Shown in pieces: positions 12,251-24,706 of a DNA stretch of 64,000 nucleotides; the stretch's first letter is position 1; each line of letters begins with the position of its first letter. Under the pieces are notes generated by a model, which made no database searches, had not been told where the DNA came from, and saw nothing but the letters and a program-made list of their open reading frames with translations. The stretch comes from Tubiluchus corallicola. Its lineage: Eukaryota; Animalia; Priapulida. The translations under genes and the position numbers were made by a program. Where the stretch lies: positions 496,001 to 560,000 of the forward strand of contig JAQGDQ010002368.1 in the NCBI GenBank assembly GCA_030141605.1, given 5' to 3'.

Positions 12251-13015
12251 AGAGAAGCCATTTGCTGACCATTGTAGAAATGTAGAAACGTTTTCAAAAG
12301 TAGCGTTTTGTAATAAGCCATAGAAATCTCTCCAAGAAACCCGTACTTACAATTTCGCAAAATATATTTGAGCAAAATTTTGAAAACGTCGGTTGGCTGA
12401 GATCACTAAAACGTCGGCAGCGGGAAGTAAGCTAATTAATAGTGTCTTATTCAGTATATGTGCAGTCAATAATTCATTCAAAAATATATTATATTATTAT
12501 TATTATATTAAAATTATTAATACAAATTAATTAATAACAATATTTATTCATTAATAGTTTGCCATTCAGTTAGCTGGTCACCCATCAATAAGCAGCCAGT
12601 AACTGACATTTCTGGCATAAAAAGTAATAAAAAGGCCAAAGATTCACAGTAATTTAGTACTTAGCATTCTGTTACCTTAAAATGTTTGTGCTTTCCCTAT
12701 AATTATTAATTATGGCATAAACTTATGCTCTTACACTTTGTCAAATTTTTTTATAGCATTGCCTATAGATCTAATGTATTTGGCCTTGCATATTTCATTC
12801 AGTGAAAGCCTCCATGAATATAAAAAAAATATGTACCTCTTAGTTATTAAAGCAGTTTCCTGAGGCAGTCAAAATATTTCATCTGGTAAATACTACAAGA
12901 TTTACTAGTGCACAAACACAGACACACAAATATATTCATTTATTTCTTCCTACTATAACAAATCACAAATTAAAGAAATACCTAAACCTCAAATTGAAGC
13001 AAAAAGCAGACACCT

Positions 13016-13021
13016 TTTATT
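13016..13021 (-). terminator. Candidate polyadenylation signal (AATAAA) for EFHC1
   Basis: TTTATT on the plus strand about 330 nt downstream of the EFHC1 stop. Other AATAAA-like sites occur nearby. Confidence 0.35.
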
Positions 13022-13350
13022 TAAATCAACACTGTTTAGCATATCAGAATATTTTAATGCTAATTAGTCAACAATATACAAGTCTATGTTATTAGCTTAA
13101 TTTTATAGTAGACTTTACTTGAATTGTACATACGACTAGAAACATTAAAACAGACCCAGTGAATTGTTACTCGTTGGTAAATTAAAAGAGCCACTAAACA
13201 ATTATAAGAGCAAGTATTTCAATGATAAAATTATTTCTACACTATAAATGCAAATATGATGCATACAGCAAAACCACAGTACAAGATTATGCAAGAATGT
13301 AAAAATGTCTAGTTATCACAGTTTTCTTTATCTTTCCAATGTTTGATTAT

Positions 13351-13606
13351 TCATTCTGCAGAGATAAAAAATTGCTGGAACTTTTTGAAGTTGATGAGGT
13401 TGTCATCATAATCGGTGCATTGTGCAATAACCTGAAATAAATTTAATATTATTTATAACTAACTGTTTCTGATGTTGGACAGTAAACTGTACTCCATCCT
13501 TGATCAAGCCTGGCAATGTACTGTTGTTCAATCATAAGTGCTATGCTATGTTAGTGTATTTTGCTTTATATATATATATTTATGTATATATATATATTTA
13601 TATATA

Positions 13607-13639
<33 letters not shown>

Positions 13640-16600
13640 CAAGTATATAATACTTGTATGTTTAAGAACATAAAAGTACCAGAAAACAAACATCTTGGTT
13701 ATCATCACCGAGTTTTCTTCCTTTTGGTCAAGTAACAATCCAGCAAACAAAGATATGAGTGATTTAATTAGTCAGAATCAATAATTTGTGAATTTTTACA
13801 GATCATGCTAACAATTAGTTCTATCAAGACATGTTTCTAGGTTTTTTTGATGACTCAGCCATTTTTAATAATTAAAGGTGTTTTTCCAGCATGTTTTTCA
13901 TGCGTGTACTATCTTACACATGCATTATGCAAGTACGTATCTCTTTAGACATTTTCCAAAGTTATGCAAAAGAATGAGTTTAAAACAATTTTTTAAAATA
14001 TTTACCAAATCCAGTATGTCATCGTCCAAAGGAATATTGGCACGTCGACAAAGGACTTTCAGCTCATTTTTCTCAATGTAGCCAGATTTGAATCCACTCC
14101 TAAAAGAACAATTTATACCAATCAAACTTTTATCTTAACAGATTTGCCGTCATTAACACGTACATATACTTGCTTGTGCCAAATGCTTGTGTTGCCTCGA
14201 CCGAACAATATGACTTTTTTGCACAAAATATCAAACACCAAAATACCAGTTTCTGGTGTAATGGTAAAAAGTTACTGCAAGGCTTATAATTAAAGCACAC
14301 TTATCAACACTGTTTACTTTGGAATTTCAAACTTAATGCTTTCCTCTTACATAGTTGTAAACACTTATGAAAGTTCAACTCTATGGCTCATTTAATTAGC
14401 CTTGTTAGCCCATACTGCCCAGGCTTAATTACCTATAATTATCTGCATTTAAAAACTCCTTTTTCAAAGCATCTTTCTGCATTGAACACCACTGTTGTAG
14501 CATTTTTTGAACACGATTCAGCAACCTTTCTGCATCATCATCTTTTCTGAAATGTATAAATCTATAAATTTAACTATATTAAATTTAATCATCCTATGCA
14601 ATATGCATAGGGAGATAAAAGATGTTCATTTTAAATTTGTGAGTTAAAAATTGCAGCTTCTGACACCAGTTTTATTGCATTTTACACAGACTACAATAAT
14701 ATTATCTACATATAATATATGTGTTATATACAGACAGGATAATAATCTCGAATGCAAAAAATTCAAAAACTTTTCAGGCTATTTAATCTTAATAGCTGTT
14801 TCTCTAGACAACCTGATAATGTACCAACTTGAATTCAAAATATTGCTATCAGTGTGCAACTGGAAAAAGTACGAAAAGTAGGGTATGAATGAAACATACA
14901 TTTATTCACAGATGCCAAAAAAAATGTCTCATCAACTTAAGAGCACTAAGTGAACTTATACAGCTTGCTCAATAAGTGCTAAATGAGTCTCAGAAGCTTT
15001 TAACCATGTAAAATAAAACTAAATGTCTTTATGTATTTAATTTTCCATAATGCCTTAATTCAAATACACTGAAAAGGCCATAGCAAACTAACAAATTATC
15101 AACAGTTGAATATTATTGAAACAATCATGTTCAAAATACAACTACATTTAACACAGTTCCAGATTATCTTGTACTTACTTATATGCAGTAGACCCTTGAG
15201 AAGTTGGCCCTTGTTTCTCCAAATGAGCTTTTAATGACAGCACAAGAGACGCTATTAAAAAATACAGCCAGGAACTTTAAAATATTGAAAAATCTTACCA
15301 GAAGGTAAAAAATAACAAAGTAACTTTAAATAAGTATGAGATGAAATAAAACTGTATGAATAGATACCAATTTAATTTCATTCACTAAAAAATGAAATTT
15401 GCAACAACACAATGTTTGATTTACGCTTTTGTAAAGATGAAATATTATGGTATTAAATTTTTAGAGTAAATGCAGTTTGCAGTAAATAACTTAGGCAGCA
15501 GAATCATAGATCTTTGTGAGTTGCATTCTAAGCTTGGATGATCCTTTCTTTAACACACAGACATGTCAACAAACTAGGCTATTACCATGCAAGCTTTAAA
15601 TTGTATTTACCCGGAAATTTGTCCTTGTGTAGCTCTACATATTTTACTACATATTCATCAACATCAACAATTTTGAAGCGATTGTTGAATACAACTATTA
15701 TGCTTCCAATGTCAAAATCCTGAGGTCCATAAAATTCAGGATTTTGCACTGATGATCCTGGCTTTTGAAGCCTTGTTCGTTCTAAAAATTTCCCTGAAAT
15801 TTATTTAAATGGATTCAAGATAAAATGCTATTATGATGACATTGAAAAGTTTTTTACCTGATAGTAGAGACAACAGATATATGAATGAAAAACAAAATGT
15901 ACATAGTTGTAGTTGGATGTTTTAGCCTAAAAATGACTGTTTCACATTATTTTTCACATTCTAAGAGTGTGCATATAACTTACCTCCAAGAATTCCTGAG
16001 TTTCTCACAGGTGGTTCATATATTGTGACCATGTCATCAGCAAGTCGGTATGAAATAACGAACCTTCTGTTTTTGTCCTCTTGCTTGACTGTATCCTAAT
16101 CCATGAAAATATTAATATTAATTCACAAAGATAGGGCAAAAAGTTGTTTTAACAACTAAATTCGAATATGTAACTCAAAAACAGTACGGCATGCATTTCT
16201 CGCTAAAATTTCTGAAGTCCAGATAAAAATGAATCTAATGACAACAAAAGAAATTAAGCACTATATCAGCAATATTACATTTATCAAATACGTACAACAT
16301 AACTGAAATGGTATAAAAGAACTTACCAGAATTGCAGCATAACGCAAGACATTATGGTCATTTTGCAACATCTTAACAACGTCTTTCTTGGGTGGTTGAG
16401 GTATAAGTGACAGACATGATTGCAAACTATCTTCCACTGAGCCGAAACCAGTGTAAGGTGGTACTTCCTAAAGAAAATGTGAAAAAAAAATCAGAAAAAA
16501 ATATGACTAAAAATTATTGAGGTTTTTATATCAGAACATTTTAATAATAATAATAATAATAATAATAATGCATTCTTAAATCAGGGAAATCAAAATCTCG

Positions 16601-19600
16601 CTAGATACACTTATAATGGTAATATGGATAGCTTAGTTAAAACACGTGAATTTTTCATATGAAAAATATATGTACAGAGCTGTTATTCAAAGAAATGAAA
16701 ATTGTGATGGTTGTAAATGTTTGTAAATTGAGAATGGCTTGTTTTGTGTACAGATATACAAATAATTTACTACCAAATACCTTCCAGTAATTTCGAATAG
16801 AGATTGATGTTCTTATAAAACAAAACTGCTAAACGATTGTCATTTTCATAAATGTAGAACTAATGTAAAATTACAATTGCTGATGTGTAGACAAATTATG
16901 CAAGGAATAGAAAACTATTAATATTAATCAAGTTACTATGGTCTAGTCCCTAGGCCATTTCTTACCCTAGAAAAATTGTTTATTTTTGTTGACTTTTTTC
17001 AGCAATAGACCTGGATTTTAATGTGTATCAAATAAAAGCCCTGTTAGATAGTTCTATCTTGGGCAAATATGGTAAAATGTGATAAATAGATAGCATACAA
17101 AACAACAAATTCTATTGTTAATGCATTAGAAGAACATGCATTCCTGCTTCGTAATGGTATTATGTAGCACACATCTACCTTCTTCACTACACGTTTCTCT
17201 TGTCCGATGATCTTCTCTCTATCTATTGGTGTAAAATCTGAGATGTCAAAATGTGCTTTATAAAAATCACGAGTATATGCATCGCAGTCACAAATCAAGA
17301 ACCTAGTTAGGAAATATAATTTATGCCATTAAAAGAAGATTTCATTACGTTGTTCATTAAGTTATAGTAGTTCATTAATTATAGTTTCTCTGATGTATGC
17401 ATGTAACTACTTATATTAGATCATATCGTAGCGATGATCTAAGCAATATGATTGCAACAATAATTATTATTGTGCAGGTCTTCATTAAAACCCTTTCAAA
17501 ACTGCTCAACCAAAATGGTTACACGTAGCATTTTAAGAAAAAAAAAGAAAAGTGCGCACATACACAAACTTTCAATATACCAGGACATTCTCATTAACTT
17601 TAAAAACCCTTACTCAAAAAAAGACAGCTGGAGGTGTGGTTGTGTGTGGAAGTTTTAAAAATGCTGACATTACATTAGTGCATTTAGTCCTGAAGACACA
17701 ACCCACACCTTTAAATCAAAAAAGTCATGTATGGATTCACAACCATCCACCTTTAAATAGTTAGTGCAAAAAAGCCGGCCACTAACGAATGTAGGTAAAA
17801 ATGGCAACAGAAAAAATGGCACGGTAAAAATGGCACAGAATGAAAATCACACAGGAAAAAATGGCACACTTAGTAAAGTATGCGCTTAGGGTTAGGGTTA
17901 CAGTGGGGATAATTATTTTAGTTATTTTTACCTCTGCCAAAGAAGTTACTTTCAACACAGTTTGTTTGTTTGTTTGTCTGTTTATTTGGTTGTCTTTTGT
18001 CTGTTATGGTAATAAAAATATTACACAAAAACTATCTGACAGTTTTCCAAGAAACTCTGTGAACAAAAGTGGGCATAGGGTACTGAAGTTGGAATCTTTT
18101 CGTCGGTTCTTTTTTCTCAAAGCTTGACCGAACACCATATACAAAAAAACATTTGTGGAGTGCTTCATGGGGTCTTGGAGGGAGTGTTTAGTACTTCTTT
18201 TTTGTTATCTCCACTGGACACACAACTACGAGTTAGTTCCAGCTGCATTTTGAAAAATTCTGTCTTGTAAAACTGTGTACCACACTGCACCAGAAAGTCA
18301 CTTTCACACTGCACACTGTCTATACCATTGGCTTATTAGTGTGTATAGGCTTATAAGGTAATTTGGTATGTATATATTTGTCAGTCTATTACCATCGCCA
18401 AAATTAATGGTGAAAAGTTGGATAAACACCATGTGGAACACTCGTGCATTATTGACTATAAATCCATTTAATGAAAATTTTTTCCTGTTCCATTTTTACC
18501 TGAGCTATTTTTTCCTGCACCATTTTTTCCTGTGCCATTTTTACTGTGCCATTTTTACCCATGCCATTTTTACCGCATATTGGGTACTAACTAATGACTA
18601 TCTCGTTAAGTCTTTAAGAAGGAAGTTTCAGAAAAGGTGACAAAATAATAAACATTCTAGAAGATGATAGTGAACACTTTTCTGAAAAGACTAACTGTTT
18701 CACGTCATTTTTTATTTTTCCTGATACTTTACAGGAACCATTATGAGGTTATAGGCCATATATAAACACATTATTTCATTTAACCTCCAAAAGCATAATT
18801 ACTTTCTGCCATAAATGACAAGAGAGTCCCCAATGCGAAAATCTTTTGGTGTGTACCACTCAGAAATGTCACTATCTGTCACCTCCATTGCTATGGTGGG
18901 AAACAATGCTGTAATTAGAATAAAGAAGTACATCAAAAACAAAAATTAGACACTGGTAATTAGTAATTTTAAGAAAACACTGAGATGTTTAAGCAACAAG
19001 TATTGGCTTACATGGAAGTTTTCCTCTGTTTTTTGCAAGTTTTTGCCTTCGCATCAGAACTGGAAAAGGGTCCCTTCCATTATTTGCTGAATGTTGTTCT
19101 CTAATTTCTACTGTGTCATCAACTAAATAGTACTAAATAGAAAAGAACAATAAATAAGAAACAAGTAAAATTATATTAAATGACATTAAATGAATGCCCA
19201 CTAGTCCAAAGCAATTTTTGTTAAATCAAGATGCATTACATAGACAAAAACAACAAAATTTCTCTTGAATTTAATTAGGTACTACCTTACAGAACTATCA
19301 CATGCATGCAACATTTTTTAATTAAGCTATATTGAAACTTATTAACTTACATGAAGAACACAAGGTCGTACTTCGCCAAACATGCTATCCCTATCATCCC
19401 AAACACAATAAAATCGTAAAACTTTTCTATCCAATTCCAGAAACTGACGAGTTTTATCAAATGTTGAGGGTGTTTTGTAGTTAGCAATAGCAGTTCTCTT
19501 TGCACGTGCTGTTGTATATGGATCATCTGGGATCAGTTCAGGATCATTGAGTTCAATGCCCTCACTTGCCATGAATTCCTGCAAAAGCCGCACTAATAAA

Positions 19601-22600
19601 ATGGAATAGTAGACAACTTTTTACAGGTTTGCTTAATTAGTGTAAACTAAAGACAGACGATTCACTAATGATTGAGTATAAATGGAGAATCAGCGAGTCT
19701 CTGTGAGGTCTTAAAATGAATAAGATTAATTGTTCAAACTCCTACATAATACAAGATGCTCCCACATGGAGTAGGCAGTTGAGAGTGTAATGACAAACCA
19801 CTTACAGAGCAGCAAAGATTTCCTAAAACGAGAGAGATTTATGGGGTGGCTTGCAGCCTGTCAATGAAGTTCAAACTACAGAGTCTGTGAGCGCATCCAG
19901 TGAAATTCGCGGGGTCAAAGCCTAGACTGCGAATGCGTTTTTATGCCATTCAGAAAATTTTGGAAGATTTAGGTACTCTTATAACTTATAAATTTTTACA
20001 GATCATCTGAAAATGTCCAAGTATAATTTTAAATTTTATGACAAAGTCCTCAAACCCTAGACTTTAGGTTTTAGAAATTTCTAACACCAACAAAAAGCCA
20101 AAATCTTCGTAAGGCATCAGTGAGTAGCGTGGAGGGCTTCTTGACCTTGCAAAAAGCATTGATCTAATGACTGACAATGATAATAAAGTTTCCTTGTGTG
20201 ACTAATTATTAGTGATTATTAGTTATAATGTAAAGTTACACGAATTTTTATTTTTGTATTGCATTTCTGGATCACAATTTCACAAATCTTAAATATGCTA
20301 ACATTTATCATATCATATTAACTATCGTACTTCTGCTCACATATAACAATTTCTGATCATATTACATTGCCATAATCACTTAAATGCACATTCAACAACT
20401 CTATGAAATGACACTTTCAGTAGCTGATGTTTGAAACCTACAAGTCTCAAAAAAAATCTCCAAGATCATTGCAGGCTTTTGCTTGTTTTTATAAATTGAC
20501 AAAATAAGAAGTCTGCATAAAATTTCCATGATTTGTGAACAAAAAAAGTTATTATTTTAACAGATGTATCAAAATAATCCTATTTCATGTGTTCGTCAAG
20601 ATTTACAAATGGTGGCAAACCCATTAATCAGAATTGAAGGTTTTAGCTACATTAGCCAGTGCTCAAATTGAGGGTGTATGGGGGTATACAATGTGTATAT
20701 TATTGAAAAAGTAAATGCAAGCAAAATTGAGTGCGAGTAGAACACACAATAAGACAAAATGAAAATGATAAATGAATGGTTATCAATTACCCATAAAAAT
20801 TACCAATGAACTATTGCTCAGATTTTAGATTTTTAGGTTTAGAAAATAACTTTTATTATATTTGTTGACCAAAACATGTAGCGAAAATGAGTTATAAAAT
20901 AAGCGGAAAACTTTCTTACGAATACTCCCACATACCTTTCGGCTCAAAATACCCTTAAATGGTGTAAAATGCATTAACAACCGAAGCACTGCCACAAACT
21001 CTGCTGGGGAGACCCTATGCAGAGATCGGAAAACTCGGGCAAAGTGACAATTTTTTTAATTTTAATCAAGTTTGCTTATTCAAGTTCGCTTATTCTATTA
21101 ACATTTTAAATGTGAGAGAATAACATGCTGGCCAGCAGAGCGGGATAACACTTGCAAATGTGGATGGCACACACACCGAATTGGGGTGTCTTGGTACATA
21201 GAAACTTACATGTTAAAATGTACAAGAAAATCAATGGTTTTCACATAGACAATCCCTAATGCTGTATCTCCAGTAAAATGTGAAACAGCTGCAAAATCCT
21301 GCAATTTCAGACATGAAGATTTTACCAGACACAGATGAAACATGATGGAGTTAGGAAAGCACAGAAAGAGAGGAATCGGGCAAAATACCTTTGTCCAACC
21401 ATCGCAGTCAACAATATGAAACACTTTCCCATAAAAGACGACATTAATGCCAACATTAAAGTCTTTCCAGTGCCATGGAGTGCCGTCATCTAGTTTTGGA
21501 ATTTTTTGTCGTTTTAACAACTTGCCCTGAAAATAAAACATTTGAATGTTGATGTAGTGGAAGTTCAGGGCAAATGAACAGAAAGGTGATTTTTGTAATG
21601 TAAGGATCAGGAATAGTGTAACCTAACTACGTAAGAGCAAGCTTAACCCATTTACATTGAGGGCAATGTCTCTCTGCACCAATGTTAATTGAAAGTTCTT
21701 CCCTTAAATTTTCAGAACACTTCTCAGCTGGTTTAATTTTAGGAGTTTAAGATGACAAATCTCGGGACTCCACTCTAGCAACTGCTGCAATACACAGATT
21801 GGCAGTGCATGCAAAGCCAACCCTACCCAGCCCATTCCCGCAAAATGTTGCTCACTGACAGCAACTACAACATAAAATCTTCGACAATCCAAAAAAGCAC
21901 AAAAATGCATACATGTTTAGTAGCAATTTGTTAATTATTCCAATAATTGTTATAAACTTACCAGACTACCAGAAAATGCTAAGCAAATCACTTCAAAGAA
22001 GGATTCATTTATTTCATTTAAAAATATTAAGATTTTGTATGAAAGATTAAACATTGTTACCCTTTGACCAAAATGCTAGGCGCTAACAAAAAAAGACAAT
22101 GGATGTACAAACGTGTTGTAAACTTATAGTTTTTTCATATACTGCAATAAAATTAGTTCATATGAAATTTATACATGATCAATCTAAGACTAAAGTCAGC
22201 AACAATATGGGTTTAAATGACATAAGGTACCCCAGCTATACTTTGTGAAAGGGTTCATCTCATATTCAATCTGATCCAGCAGCATATTTTTCTAAGTCTT
22301 TTTTTTGGTTTGGAGAAATAAATCTGACTCATTCTAACCTTTCCAGCCATTACATGTTGCACAATCATAAAATTCCTGTTTTATTGATAAACAAGCAGAA
22401 TTAAAGCTAGTGCGGATGGAAAAAAGAATAAAAATAATACTAAGAATGTGCACTTGATTTTGATTCTCACAGTATAGTTCAATACATTCTCCAGCTATGT
22501 TTGTGAGTAACCTTTGTCAGCTTGTCAGTTGAAAATATAAAAGAAGCATTCGATTAGCCATTGCAACATAGATACACTAATTGATTTTTCCTAATCCCTC

Positions 22601-24312
22601 TATTACTTAAATCTTTCATTTCTTTTCTCATCACTTCAACATGGAAGAATTTTTTGCTTTTTCGCTTGTTTACAAAATTTAGTAAACAGTATGAAGTAGT
22701 TCACGACTGTAATCTAATTCATAGAATTACTAGACACAAACCAAGAGGCAAACCAAATATCGGCAAGCATAGTGTCAATTTTTTGTGCTAAGCATGTGGC
22801 GCCGTCTATTAATAAAAGAAAAAACACCATAACCTAACTGGTGGATACCTATTTTATAACGGTAGAGACTGTTCAATGTTCATTAAACTTTAATCACCTG
22901 TGGAATGCCACTATTGATTACAGTGGGCTCATTAACGACAATGCTATCATCTTCCAGATAATAGTAAATGTTTACAGGGCGAATTCGCATTGTTTCCTCA
23001 GCAGCTTCAACAACAGTTTCTGTGAAGTATGCATTAAATTTAAGAACCTAAAAAAATGAATTCAAACTTCAGCTCAAAAGAATATAATAAAATTAAGAAT
23101 TATAAAGTTATTAAGTGGAACAAGGACTTTGAAATCAATATGGATTTATATGTCCAATATTGCAATTATCATAATTTAAAGGCAATAAAAGTTGACATGC
23201 TGGTTAAAAGAGTAAAAATGACTAAAAAAATCAATAGTCAGAAAAGTGGAAGACAAAAGTTATTTAAAAATTGTATAGTGTTTTAAAGAAAATACTACAC
23301 GTCATAATACGTGTCACATGTAGTGAAACACATTACGTAAAACCTGAATAAAATGTACCTTTTTGTCAAATACGAAATGGGCTGGCAAGAACTGTGTTTG
23401 AGGAACTAACTGAGAAATTTGACCTGGCCCTGCTCTGTAAGCTGCTGCAGAACGTGGTCCTGCAGCTGAAAGTGTCTTTGTTGCCCTTGCACCAATTTCA
23501 TACACATATTCTGGATGCTCTGGAAGATTCTTGTCGGCTGCTTCAGATATAGATTTTGCTTTCAAAGGCTCACCACCAATGCCAGATTTTGGAGCATTAC
23601 GCATTGGATACCCATTCACATATCCAAGAGATTGTTGTCGATGAAATGCCATTTTCTAAAAAATTGGTCGTTGCAACTAATTATAAGAATCGGTGAAACT
23701 TGGGACTTGGCACAATCAAAGAAACTTGCATACACATCTATTATATTGTAATATATACTACTAAGTGATAAACTGTTACAATGTTCATGAAAAACTGAAC
23801 CAAATAACCAGCTGACTACACAATCTTTTACATCATTACATACATGCAGAATGTTACCTTTATGCATAGGTGCACACTACACACTATGCATACTATGTAG
23901 TAACTACTAAATTAGTCAGAAGACCCATAGGCCTGCACAGACATAGTAAGCCTATTAGCATATTTTCATGTTTAAGATCATGATTGAAGCAATGGTAACA
24001 GATTAGTAGGCTACTAAATTAGGAAAAAGTTTAGCGTTAAATTAAATAAAGACAGTGATCAAGTGTGAAGTGAAGCAGATTATACGAGTACACTACAATA
24101 ATTGCAAGGCAAACAAAAACCGAATCACTGTAAAACATCAATGAAGTATATAAATGTTAGTTACAACTTGAAGTTTTAAACTGCATGTGCTTTTGAAGAA
24201 TTAACAATTTACATAACGCCCGCCTTGTGGCATTTTGGAAATTTAGAAAAACAAACAAACTTACGCTAGGGTCTTTAAAACTGTAACCTGGCAGTTTTGG
24301 CATCTCCTCCAT
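13351..24312 (-). CDS. EFHC1: EF-hand domain-containing protein 1 (EFHC1/myoclonin-1/Rib72 family; three DM10 domains plus C-terminal EF-hand), complete, 15 exons, 669 aa
   Basis: Exons: 24312-24265, 23655-23359, 23047-22898, 21526-21389, 19578-19351, 19132-19012, 18908-18803, 17302-17179, 16467-16327, 16095-15984, 15793-15611, 15251-15179, 14546-14433, 14099-14006, 13431-13351 (2010 nt, phases consistent, TGA stop). Family-typical peptides: [115 protein letters not shown]...[59 protein letters not shown]. Confidence 0.95.
13567..13640. repeat. Imperfect (TA)n microsatellite in the last EFHC1 intron
   Basis: About 70 bp of interrupted TA repeats, directly visible. Confidence 0.95.
16542..16569. 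repeat. (AAT)n microsatellite
   Basis: Run of TAA/AAT triplets, directly visible. Confidence 0.9.
17787..18581. mobile_element. Foldback/MITE-like element whose arms are tandem ~14-15-bp GGTAAAAATGGCAC units
   Basis: The left arm (17787-17870) repeats GGTAAAAATGGCAC(A). The right arm (18478-18581) repeats the reverse complement TGTGCCATTTTTACC. TTAGGGTTAGGGTTA lies at 17886-17900. A related right-arm fragment occurs at ~8067-8122. Confidence 0.7.
17924..18070 (+). mobile_element. 5' fragment of a HINE/DINE-like element nested in the foldback element
   Basis: TTTTTACCTCTGCCAAAGAAGTTA is followed by a (GTTT/GTCT)n tract and ATTACACAAAAACT...GAAACT, resembling the TTTTTACCTCCGCCAAGGAGGTTATG-type element widespread in invertebrates and fish (from recall). 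Confidence 0.5.
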
Positions 24313-24706
24313 GGTCGTCTTACTTTAGCTTATTGTCCTAAATTCCACGTGTTTCTTTATCAAATTTTGCAAATTTACAATTTTTGTCAAATTTTAAGTA
24401 TAAAAGTGTGCAAACAGCACTGCGACAACAGAATATTACTTTAGCTCTGTTGCCAATGACGCGTTTCTGTGTTTGTATAATTGACGTATGCTGGAACTCG
24501 GTGCGCATGCTCAATAGATTTTAGCAGGCGGGTTGCCTTTGCTAGTTTGCCATAGTTAATGCTGGTGCAAGCGACCAAGCGTTAGGCTGACAAGTTTAAC
24601 AGGTTGCAAAAGCATAACCGTGTCGGCAATGGACGGATTGATGTTTTGATATCATGTTCATAGAGAAAAATCGCTGTTTAATTCCAATGAGAGTTTTTGT
24701 GATAAA
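24313..24706. promoter_or_regulatory. Shared divergent promoter/5'UTR region of EFHC1 and PHLPP
   Basis: Only 394 bp separate the two divergent ATGs. The region is locally richer in CpG and contains RFX X-box-like GTTGCCAATGAC (24449-24460) and TTTGCCATAGTTAA (24546-24559), NRF1-like TGCGCATGCTCA (24502-24513) and TGACG half-sites. Confidence 0.65.

Noticed and set aside
17886-17900. TTAGGG repeats as a telomere or fusion relic
   Set aside because: Only 2.5 units, embedded in a foldback repeat.
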